Below are positions 57,601 through 64,000 of a stretch of DNA of 64,000 nt, piece after piece. Each line of letters starts with the position of its first letter. The first letter of the stretch is position 1. The position numbers and the translations under genes are program-made. The DNA is from Mesorhizobium sp. 61-13 (GTDB taxonomy: Bacteria; Pseudomonadota; Alphaproteobacteria; Rhizobiales; Rhizobiaceae): assembly GCA_001897075.1 (NCBI GenBank), contig MKRZ01000089.1, positions 25,911 to 89,910 of the forward strand, given 5' to 3'. The notes under the pieces were generated by a model. The model was not told where the DNA came from and did not search any database. It worked only from the letters and a program-made list of their open reading frames with translations.

Positions 57601-58979
57601 CCGCCCGGAACAGGCGGCTGCGCGTGCACTATCTGCTCGAGGCCGGCTGGAAAGCGGATACCGCGATCCAGGGCCTCGGCCGCACGCATCGCACCAACCA
57701 GGCTCAGCCGCCGCTGTTCCGTCCCATCTCGACAAATGTGAAGGCCGAGAAGCGCTTCCTGTCGACGATTGCTCGCCGCCTCGACACGCTGGGCGCCATT
57801 ACCCGCGGGCAGCGGCAGACCGGGGGCCAGGGGCTGTTCCGCCCCGAGGACAATCTCGAAAGCCACTATGCCCGCGACGCGCTGCGCCAGCTCTACATGG
57901 TCATCGTGCGCGGCAAGGTCGAAGGCTGTTCGCTGGAACGCTTCGAGTCCGCCACCGGTCTCAAACTGATGGACGACACCGGCATCAAGGACGAACTGCC
58001 GCCGATCACCACCTTCCTCAACCGCATGCTGGCGCTCACCATCGAATTGCAGGACGTGCTGTTCGAGGCCTTCGAGCAATTGCTCGCGGCGCGGATCGAG
58101 GGCGCCATCGCGTCAGGCACCTATGACGCCGGGCTCGAAACACTCCGGGCCGAGAGCTTCGCCGTCACCGGCCGGGAGGTGATCTATACCCATCCGCGCA
58201 CCGGCGCCGAGACCCGGCTGCTGACCATCACCGAGCGTCAGCGCAACCGGCCGGTCACGCTCGATGCGGCGCTGAACCAGCTCGGCGATCCGCGCGCCAT
58301 GCTGCTGGTCAACGAGCAGTCCGGCCGCGCCGCCGTGCAGATCCCGACCACAAGCATCATGCTCGATGATGGCGAAATCGAACGGCGGGTCCGCCTGATC
58401 CGGCCGATGGAGGCCCAGAACCTGCCGCTCAAGGCGATGGCAGAGACCCGCTGGACGGAGGCCGATCGCGACGCGTTCGCGACGGCATGGCAGGCCGAGA
58501 TCGCCGAGGTGCCGGAATTCTCCGACAGCGTCCTGCATATGGTGACTGGCCTATTGCTGCCGATCTGGCGGCGCCTGCCGAACGAGTCGACGCGGGTCTA
58601 TCGGCTGCAGACCGATGCCGGCGAGCGCGTCATCGGCCGCCGCGTCTCGCCGGCCTGGGCCGCCAATGCCACGACGACCGGCGTCCCCTCGCTGACGCCC
58701 GAGCAGGCGTTTGCGGCACTGGTGGACGGGCGCACCACCCTCGACCTCGCCGCGGGACTGCAACTGCGACGCGTCCGCGTCATGGGCGCCTGGCGCATCG
58801 AGCTCTCCGGTTTCACCGACACGATGCGCGAGCGGCTCACGGCCTACGGGCTCTTCCACGAGATCATTTCGTGGAAGCTCAGGATGTTCGTGCCGACCGA
58901 TGCCGCTGGCATCCCCGTGCTGGATCGCGTGCTCGGACGCTGGCCGGTCGCGCGCGTCATTGAGCGGGAGACCGCATGA
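54633..58979 (+). CDS. Methyltransferase-helicase fusion (strawberry-notch-like NTPase, about 1448 aa)
   Basis: N-terminus: VLEPSAGTGLLAILAE (motif I) and VLMNPPFS (motif IV). Middle: GDGTGVGKGRE P-loop and VIVFDESHAMQNA (DExH). Preferred start MTPTSASAA at 54633. Confidence 0.85.
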   Translation: MTPTSASAAAFAAVPLPLARPDTAAAVFAAASLLLPHLERGERIDAPILRASMETAFGASDAAGAWDWKQAYEACEAATVLFLRKYGKALFRKAATPASRLSALSTIAGLLPTHTRRSEESQAFQQFSTPIPLGLAAATAAAITPADRVLEPSAGTGLLAILAEISGGTLLLNELAETRADLLSSLFPAAPVTRFDAAQIDDHLDPAAVPSAVLMNPPFSVMANVEGRVVGAVVRHVASALARLAPGGRLVTITGASFAPDNPAWAPAFARLQERGRVVFSAAIDGAVYARHGTTIDTRLTVIDKLPADDPGVFPAAPGVAPDAATLLSWVGAQVPARLPVALPALSATTSTPAAPRTVRGYVARAAQVAPRAALAEPEGVDLAYDTLEVPPAEDGGISDAIYEAYGLQAIRIPGSQAHPTQLVQSAAMASVTPPRPSYRPRLPHNILDLLSDAQLETVIYAGEAHSEFLAGVWTVDDTFDVISAAPDDAAGAIRFRQGFMIGDGTGVGKGRESAAIILDHWLQGRRKALWISKSDKLIEDAQRDWSAFGMERLLVTPLSRFPQGKAITLPEGILFTTYATLRSDDRGDKVSRVRQIVEWLGAGFDGVIVFDESHAMQNAAGAQGDRGNVAASQQGRAGLRLQHALPNARILYVSATGATTVHNLAYAQRLGLWGGEHFPFSTRAEFVEAIESGGVAAMEVLARDLRALGLYTARSLSFAGVEYELVEHELTPVQVRIYDAYAGAFAIIHNNLDAAMQAANITDSSGTLNAQAKSAARSAFESAKQRFFGHLLTSMKTPTLIRSITRDLADGHSAVIQIVSTGEALMERRLSELPTEEWNDVRVDITPREYVLDYLAHSFPVQLYEPFTDSEGNLSSRPVYRDGQPVESREAVARRDDLIARLASLPPVPGALDQIVQHFGTDIVAEVTGRSRRIVRKSGAVPGGDRLVVETRAGSANLAETQAFMDDHKRVLVFSDAGGTGRSYHAELSARNRRLRVHYLLEAGWKADTAIQGLGRTHRTNQAQPPLFRPISTNVKAEKRFLSTIARRLDTLGAITRGQRQTGGQGLFRPEDNLESHYARDALRQLYMVIVRGKVEGCSLERFESATGLKLMDDTGIKDELPPITTFLNRMLALTIELQDVLFEAFEQLLAARIEGAIASGTYDAGLETLRAESFAVTGREVIYTHPRTGAETRLLTITERQRNRPVTLDAALNQLGDPRAMLLVNEQSGRAAVQIPTTSIMLDDGEIERRVRLIRPMEAQNLPLKAMAETRWTEADRDAFATAWQAEIAEVPEFSDSVLHMVTGLLLPIWRRLPNESTRVYRLQTDAGERVIGRRVSPAWAANATTTGVPSLTPEQAFAALVDGRTTLDLAAGLQLRRVRVMGAWRIELSGFTDTMRERLTAYGLFHEIISWKLRMFVPTDAAGIPVLDRVLGRWPVARVIERETA

Positions 58980-60019
58980 TGCCGCGCCACGATGCCGCCG
59001 AACTCGCGCACCGTCTCGGCGAACATGCCGAGGCGGTGTGCCGGCACTACCTCTCGAATGGACGCCGCTCGGGCAATTACTGGCAGGTGGGCGACGTCCG
59101 CAACGCGCCGGGCCGTTCGATGTTCGTCCGGCTCAGGGACTCCCCCAAAGGACCGGCCGGCAAATGGACCGACGCCGCCACCGGCGAGCATGGCGACCTG
59201 CTCGACGTCATTCGCGATGCGCTCGGCCTCATCGACTTCAAGGCCGTCGCCGACGAAGCAAGAACATTCCTGGCCATGCCCCGACCGGAGCCGGAACGGC
59301 GTTCTTCGCGCCCCGGCGCGACGCCGGCCCCGGCCGGATCGCCGGAAGCCTCGCGGCGGCTCTTCGCCATGTCGCAACCGATCCCCGGCACGCTCGTGGA
59401 ATCGTATCTCCGGAGGCGCGGCATTACGGCTTTGCACGGAACCGGATCGCTCCGGTTCCATCCGCGCTGCTATTACCGGCCCGAGGACCACGGACCGACC
59501 GAGACCTGGCCGGCCATGATCGCCGCGGTCACCGATCTGAGCGGACATCAGACCGGTGCCCACCGCACCTGGCTTGACCCTAACGGTGACGGCAAGGCGC
59601 CCCTCGACACGCCCCGACGCGCCATGGGCGATCTCCTCGGTCATGCGGTCCGCTTCGGTGTACCAACCAGCGTCATGGCAGCCGGCGAAGGCATCGAGAC
59701 GACACTGTCGCTGAGATGCGCCTTGCCCGACATGGCCATGGCGGCGGCGCTCTCGGCGGCCCATCTCGGAGCCATCCTGTTCCCGCCGACCTTGCACCGG
59801 CTCTATGTCATCCGCGACAACGATCCGGCCGGCGACTCCGCCCGTGACACGCTCGCCGAACGCGCACGCGCGGCCGGGATCGAAGCGATCGTGCTGTCGC
59901 CCGAACTCGAGGACTTCAATGACGATCTCCGCCACTTCGGCCTCGAGGCACTTCGGGCAGCGATCGCACATCAGCTCCTGCGCCAGGATCGGCTGCGCTA
60001 TCTGAAGCAGGCGGCATGA
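58976..60019 (+). CDS. Toprim-domain protein (primase-like, DUF7146-type N-terminus)
   Basis: GEHGDLLDVI..., AAGEGIETTLS, YVIRDNDPAGDSA (Toprim acidic motifs). ATGA overlap with the upstream gene. Confidence 0.8.
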   Translation: MMPRHDAAELAHRLGEHAEAVCRHYLSNGRRSGNYWQVGDVRNAPGRSMFVRLRDSPKGPAGKWTDAATGEHGDLLDVIRDALGLIDFKAVADEARTFLAMPRPEPERRSSRPGATPAPAGSPEASRRLFAMSQPIPGTLVESYLRRRGITALHGTGSLRFHPRCYYRPEDHGPTETWPAMIAAVTDLSGHQTGAHRTWLDPNGDGKAPLDTPRRAMGDLLGHAVRFGVPTSVMAAGEGIETTLSLRCALPDMAMAAALSAAHLGAILFPPTLHRLYVIRDNDPAGDSARDTLAERARAAGIEAIVLSPELEDFNDDLRHFGLEALRAAIAHQLLRQDRLRYLKQAA

Positions 60020-60358
60020 GCCGGTAGGAGACGAGGGCGACGTCCGGGGCCGCCTGAATCGCTTGTGGACCCCGCCGAAGGAGGGCCGCGACCCGGCCTT
60101 CGAGAGGGCGATCGCGCCCACAAACGGGCCGGCCAGGCAATGGCGGCGGCCGACTATTTTCCGGCGGCGGGCAACTGCTGGCGACGGTCACCGATCAATA
60201 GGAACGCCTTTCCATCGCGAGGCAAAATAGTCGGCCTCTGCCATCCTCCGCTGGCGCTTCGGCCCTCCGCTCCGCTCCGGATGCCGTGCCGTCCCGCCCG
60301 TGGGCTTTCGTCGCCATGAAGGCCGCGAGGGTCGCGGTCCAGCCGACGGGAGATCCCC

Positions 60359-61291
60359 ATGAGCGAGCATGACGACACCGAACCGCAGCACGCATCGTCC
60401 CCGACCGACCACGTCCTCACCGAACTCCAGCTCTACGGCTGGCGCCCCTACAGCGATGAGCCCGATCCGCGACCGCTGCCCGATGGCGACCATGTGGCCG
60501 GAGCGGTGGCCGACATCTTCGATGCCCTCATCGCCACCCTGGCCGATACGCGCCTCGAACCCGATCTCGACGACCTGCTCTGGTCGGTCAGCAATGTCTT
60601 CCACCGCGCCGTCCTCAGGATCGAGCGCCAACTGGACGACAATGAGCAGGCCCAACGCCGCCTGCAGCGCGAACAGGACGGTACCGAGATCAAGGCGGTC
60701 GAACTCGAGACCCTCACCGCCCAGGGCCAGACCATGCTCGAACGGCGCGACGCCTTCGAACTCATGCGCGACCAGTCCGCCGACCGCTACGAGCAGCACA
60801 CCGGCTCCGCCTGGCGGCCCCGTTCGGGGTCGATGGTCAATCATCGGCACCTGACCGCCGCCCTGGTCGACAGCCGCGATTTCCTCGCCGCCCGACGCAA
60901 GGCCGGCAACGAGGTCATGCTGCCGACCGGTCCGAAGATCGCCCTGACCGGCGGCCTCGACTTCAACGATCACCACCTCGTCTGGGATGCGCTCGACAAG
61001 GTCCACGCCAAGCACCCCGACATGGTGCTGATCCACGGCAAGTCGCCCAGGGGCGCAGAACTGATCGCCGCCAAATGGGCGGACAATCGCAAGGTGCCGC
61101 AAATCGGCTTCGCGCCCGATTGGGAGAAGCACGGCCGATCCGCACCCTTCAAGCGCAACGACGCGATGCTCGACATCCTGCCGATCGGAGTCATCGTCTT
61201 CCCGGGCACCGGCATCCAGGACAATTTCGCCGACAAGGCGAAAAAGCTCGGCATCAATGCCTACGACTTCCGCAAGAGGGACGGCGCGTGA
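60359..61291 (+). CDS. DUF2493 (SLOG-type) domain protein
   Basis: C-terminal KIALTGGLDFNDHHLVWDALDKVHAKHPDMVLIHGKSPRGAELIAAKWA...APFKRNDAML. Confidence 0.75.
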   Translation: MSEHDDTEPQHASSPTDHVLTELQLYGWRPYSDEPDPRPLPDGDHVAGAVADIFDALIATLADTRLEPDLDDLLWSVSNVFHRAVLRIERQLDDNEQAQRRLQREQDGTEIKAVELETLTAQGQTMLERRDAFELMRDQSADRYEQHTGSAWRPRSGSMVNHRHLTAALVDSRDFLAARRKAGNEVMLPTGPKIALTGGLDFNDHHLVWDALDKVHAKHPDMVLIHGKSPRGAELIAAKWADNRKVPQIGFAPDWEKHGRSAPFKRNDAMLDILPIGVIVFPGTGIQDNFADKAKKLGINAYDFRKRDGA

Positions 61292-61421
61292 GCGCCGTCC
61301 ACCACCATCACCGAAGCGACGCGCGTGATTTGCGCCACACGCGCGCTGCGCTATACTTCACCTCGCGCCGCGGTGGTGGTGGAGGCGCAACCGTTCGACA
61401 TCGTCCACGGAGACCACCGCC

Positions 61422-61865
61422 ATGATCATCATCGGCATCCTCGTATCGCTCGCCGGCATCGTCGCGCTCTGCTGGCTGCTCTTCAATCTCGCCGTCCTCG
61501 CGCTCCCCTTGTTTGCCGGCATCTCCATCGGCCTCTGGGCGAACAGTACCGGCGCCGGCGGCCTCGGCGGCGTTATCGTCGGTGCGCTGGCTGCGGCTGC
61601 TACCTTCGGCCTCTTCCAGGTCCTATTGCTCGTGGTGCGGCCCGCGTGGCTGAAGCTCCTCGTGCTGCTCATCTTCGTCGCGCCGGCATTCATCGCCGGA
61701 TACCACGCGACCTTCGGCATCGTGAAGCTGACCATGCCGTCCGAGACCTGGCAGGTGGTCTTCGCCGTTGCCGGCGCTATCGCAGTCGGCATCACCGCCT
61801 TCCTGCGTCTCACCATGATGGCCCCGCCCGGACCAGCCGGACAGGGTGTCGCGCGAGCCTCGTGA
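61422..61865 (+). CDS. Small integral membrane protein
   Basis: Four hydrophobic segments (IIIGILVSLAGIVALCWLLFNLAVLALPLFAGISIGLW...). Confidence 0.6.
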   Translation: MIIIGILVSLAGIVALCWLLFNLAVLALPLFAGISIGLWANSTGAGGLGGVIVGALAAAATFGLFQVLLLVVRPAWLKLLVLLIFVAPAFIAGYHATFGIVKLTMPSETWQVVFAVAGAIAVGITAFLRLTMMAPPGPAGQGVARAS

Positions 61866-62274
61866 CCGAAGCGACCGGCCAGGACAACGCAGCCCCGCAC
61901 CACATCCGCCGCGCCTCGAAGGTGGGAAGCGCGGGCGTGAACGAGCGACTCGTCGAACTCGAGGGGCCCGTACGGGGGCGGCGTTGGTCATCGGTTGCTC
62001 CAGCGCTGGGACCAGCGTCATGCCCGGAACGCGTGGTCCGGGCGGTGAGCGACCGCTCGGGCGGCGGCGGTGCGGACAGCAGCTTGCTTGGGACGCAGGG
62101 AGACAATCCCGCAAGTGAAACCGTCAGACGGTCCCAAGGCACACCAGGTCGCCAGAAGCAGATCTCCCCGGTACCTTCCAACTTCAAGACCGCTCCAGTA
62201 CGGCCTCTTTGTCTGGCTTGATCTGTCCGAAGGCCGGCTTCGCCTCGATCGCCTAAGGCGCAACAGCGCCGTCA

Positions 62275-62330
62275 AAACTATCTTCCCCTCCCGGCCAGGA
62301 GGCCGGGTTCCTCGCGAGACAAGATAGTTT
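62275..62330. repeat. Nested inverted repeat in the long non-coding gap upstream of DUF736
   Basis: aaactatctt...aagatagttt (a perfect 10-bp outer stem) encloses cccggcc-agga-ggccggg. Confidence 0.5.
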
Positions 62331-62440
62331 CTCCTCTGCCGTCGGGCCCCTGCGGGGTGCGCCGTCGATCGCCTTCGGCCGGACGATCGCCATCGAGGCC
62401 GCATGGTGCGGGCTCGAGCCAGAAACCAAGGAGAACCACC

Positions 62441-62767
62441 ATGGCCACTATCGGCACCTTCAAGAAGACCGCCAACAACGAATTCACCGGCGAAATCGTC
62501 ACCCTCTCGGTCCAGGCCAAGAACGTCCGCGTCACCGCCGACACCCGCGCCAGCGGCGAGAACGCCCCCAGCCACCGGGTCTTCGTCGGTCGAGCCGAGA
62601 TCGGCGCCGCCTGGAGCAAGCAGTCCAACGAGGGCCGTCCTTACCTGGGCTTCAAGCTCGACGATCCCAGCTTCACCGCCCCGATCTACGCCAACCTGGT
62701 CGAGGACGAAGACGGCGAGAGCTACAGCCTCATCTGGTCCCGCCCGACCCGCCGCAGCGGTGACTGA
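62441..62767 (+). CDS. DUF736 family protein
   Basis: MATIGTFKKTANNEFTGEIVTLSVQAKNVRV...PSHRVFVGRAEIGAAWSKQSNEGRPYLGFKLDDPSFTAPIYANL. RBS aaggaga. Confidence 0.85.
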   Translation: MATIGTFKKTANNEFTGEIVTLSVQAKNVRVTADTRASGENAPSHRVFVGRAEIGAAWSKQSNEGRPYLGFKLDDPSFTAPIYANLVEDEDGESYSLIWSRPTRRSGD

Positions 62768-62781
62768 GGGTTCCAGAACAT

Positions 62782-62806
62782 CCCCGCCCGGCTGGTCCGG
62801 GCGGGG
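62782..62806. terminator. GC-rich hairpin between convergent genes (terminator candidate, no U-tract)
   Basis: ccccgcccgg-ctggt-ccgggcgggg, a 10-bp perfect stem. Confidence 0.4.
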
Positions 62807-62809
62807 CCT

Positions 62810-63064
62810 TCAACTGCTACTGCCGGTCGAGGACCGGCGCCGGGACGCGCCGCGTTCCGGCCGTTTCAACAGGTCGGATGCCTCGACGCCGAGCACCTTG
62901 GCCAGGCTGTCCACGACATCGATGCCGGCCGCGTAGACGCAGCGCTCGAGCGAACTGATATAGGTCCGGTCGATGCCGGCACGGTGCGCCAGTTCCTCCT
63001 GCGACAAGCCCCGCGCACGACGGTAGGTCTTCAGATTGTGGGCCAGTATCTCTCGTATCTCCAT
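62810..63064 (-). CDS. XRE-family HTH regulator
   Basis: LKTYRRARGLSQEELAHRAGIDRTYISSLER. Confidence 0.8.
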   Translation of the reverse strand: MEIREILAHNLKTYRRARGLSQEELAHRAGIDRTYISSLERCVYAAGIDVVDSLAKVLGVEASDLLKRPERGASRRRSSTGSSS

Positions 63065-63084
63065 GCACGAGAGGACACGGCCTT

Positions 63085-63115
63085 GTAGAGAATTCTGCCA
63101 CGGAGTATTCTCTAC
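63085..63115. promoter_or_regulatory. Inverted repeat upstream of the first XRE gene (operator candidate)
   Basis: GTAGAGAAT-N13-ATTCTCTAC, 21 nt upstream of the start codon at 63064. Confidence 0.5.
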
Positions 63116-63159
63116 ATCGCGCGCGCGGCGGATGCCGCCCCGATGTCCCGATCAGACCA

Positions 63160-63375
63160 TCACTGCCGAGGGCGCTTGATCAGTGCGGCTGCTTCCACCC
63201 CAAGGGCCTCGGCAATCCGGCCAAGAACGGTCACGCTTGCAGATTTGTTCGCGCGCTCGATCGCGCCGATATACCGCGCGCTCAAGCCAGCCCGGTCCGC
63301 CAGTTCTTCCTGCGTCATATCCTTGTCATGGCGTATCCGACGCAGATTGATCGCCATGACCTCCTTGAGGTCCAT
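63160..63375 (-). CDS. XRE-family HTH regulator (QseC-like position)
   Basis: LRRIRHDKDMTQEELADRAGLSARYIGAIER. Paralogous to 62810-63064. Confidence 0.8.
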   Translation of the reverse strand: MDLKEVMAINLRRIRHDKDMTQEELADRAGLSARYIGAIERANKSASVTVLGRIAEALGVEAAALIKRPRQ

Positions 63376-63397
63376 GGCAGAACGAGAACCAGCGTCG

Positions 63398-63425
63398 GAA
63401 CGATCGTTCTAGGAACGATAGTTCC
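63398..63425. promoter_or_regulatory. Two adjacent palindromes in the divergent intergenic region (operator pair candidate)
   Basis: GAACGATCGTTC (perfect 12-bp palindrome) and GGAACGATAGTTCC (14 bp), separated by 2 nt. Confidence 0.55.
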
Positions 63426-63484
63426 GATTCGCGAGAGGGCGTGGTACTGACACGCCGCTCATCTTCATCGTTACAGGACCCGGG

Positions 63485-63787
63485 ATGTCGATATATGCTC
63501 GGTTCGAGGGGAGAAACACGACCATGGCGCCAACCGACTATCTGGACGCCCCACCCGACAGCGCCGAGCTGACAGACTATGATCGCGCGCATATGAAAGC
63601 CTATATGCGGGTGCTGGACGCAGCCAGCGACGGCGCCGACTGGCGTGAGGCCGTGTCGGTGATCTTCGAGATCGATCCTCAAGCCGAACCCGAGCGGGCA
63701 CGGCGTGTCCACGACAGCCATCTCGCGCGCGCCCGCTGGATGACGGAGCACGGCTACCGCAGGCTGCTTCACGGGAAACCGCTATAG
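63485..63787 (+). CDS. Small regulatory-region protein (QseM-like position), hypothetical
   Basis: ...MAPTDYLDAPPDSAELTDYDRAHMKAYMRVLDAASDGADWREAVSVIFEIDPQAEPERARRVHDSHLARARWMTEHGYRRLL. The start may be ATG 63524. Confidence 0.6.
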   Translation: MSIYARFEGRNTTMAPTDYLDAPPDSAELTDYDRAHMKAYMRVLDAASDGADWREAVSVIFEIDPQAEPERARRVHDSHLARARWMTEHGYRRLLHGKPL

Positions 63788-63895
63788 TACGCCGCGGTGC
63801 GCCTCAGGCATCGCCCGGTGCGTTCTTAAACTCTTCCCAAGCCGTCAAGTTTCCGGGACGCTTCCCGCCCCACGTTGCGGCAACGAGGACCAACG

Positions 63896-64000
63896 ATGAC
63901 GCCCGATATCTCCCACTGGCGCTCCTCGGAGACATACGACTATCTCGACGAATTGCATTCGACCGAACTCGCCTGGGAATGGCTCAGGCGCAACAAGGAT
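63896..64000 (+). CDS. N-terminus of a DUF2285-type transcriptional activator-like protein (FseA-like class), truncated by the window edge
   Basis: MTPDISHWRSSETYDYLDELHSTELAWEWLRRNKD. The AWE(F/W)LRRN motif is typical of these ICE regulators. Confidence 0.6.
   Translation, partial: MTPDISHWRSSETYDYLDELHSTELAWEWLRRNKD

Larger units (their letters stand above)
14661..64000. mobile_element. Integrase-led genomic island/ICE (defence island, imuAB-dnaE2, metal resistance cargo, ICE leading-region-type backbone), extends beyond the right edge
   Basis: A tyrosine integrase lies immediately right of the tRNA fragment. A long run of accessory genes follows, then ardC/parB-like/DUF736/DUF2285 backbone genes. 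Whether this is one element or several accreted ones cannot be decided from the window. Confidence 0.45.

Noticed and set aside
54927-58079. 422-aa and 567-aa minus-strand ORFs (54927-56195 and 56376-58079)
   Set aside because: Both are antisense to the methyltransferase-helicase gene, whose MTase and DExH motifs fix the real frame.
63485-64000. Programmed +1 frameshift joining the 100-aa ORF to the DUF2285-type ORF (as in msi172/msi171)
   Set aside because: The first ORF ends at 63787 and the next ATG is at 63896. The 108-nt gap contains no overlapping frames or slippery motif that I can see.
1-64000. CRISPR arrays, rRNA genes, IS elements or transposases
   Set aside because: I found no regularly spaced direct repeats, no rRNA-like conserved stretches, and no DDE/HUH transposase-like ORFs while reading both strands. 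The recombinases present are one serine and one tyrosine type.

Overview
High-GC, alphaproteobacterial-type DNA. The taxon call rests on GAAC-N7-GAAC LexA boxes, an aqpS-type ars cluster and ICE backbone genes. The window is almost entirely mobile and accessory.

Two ArdC-bearing conjugative-element-like backbones in opposite orientation meet at about 14.6 kb. The junction is a 45-nt 3' fragment of a tRNA-Arg(CCG)-like gene.

Left block (1-14.6 kb):
- an open-ended type IIG-like nuclease-methyltransferase that is absent from the ORF track
- higA, ardC, parA with a palindrome array, and a rep-like wHTH gene with a candidate small RNA
- an XRE/ImmA pair and a DUF2188-ubiquitin-like-E2/E1-DUF6527 operon, both preceded by one identical palindromic operator
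- an orphan beta-class methyltransferase and a large serine recombinase whose last codons lie in the tRNA fragment

Right block (14.7-64 kb):
- a P4-type tyrosine integrase
- a roughly 18-kb defence island holding a LexA-boxed RHH-methyltransferase-PD-(D/E)xK operon, a second type IIG-like enzyme, an uncharacterised three-gene operon ending in a cyclase-like protein, a 1355-aa NACHT-like ATPase with a C-terminal nuclease-like domain, and DUF3800
- a LexA-boxed imuA-imuB-dnaE2 cassette and abiV
- Ni/Co, chromate and arsenic resistance modules, and SRAP
- a co-directional ICE leading-region-type gene set: ardC, ParB-like, methylase-helicase, Toprim, DUF2493, DUF736, tandem XRE genes and a DUF2285-type regulator

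I saw no rRNA, intact tRNA, CRISPR array or transposase. All functional calls come from motifs read by eye, not from database searches.
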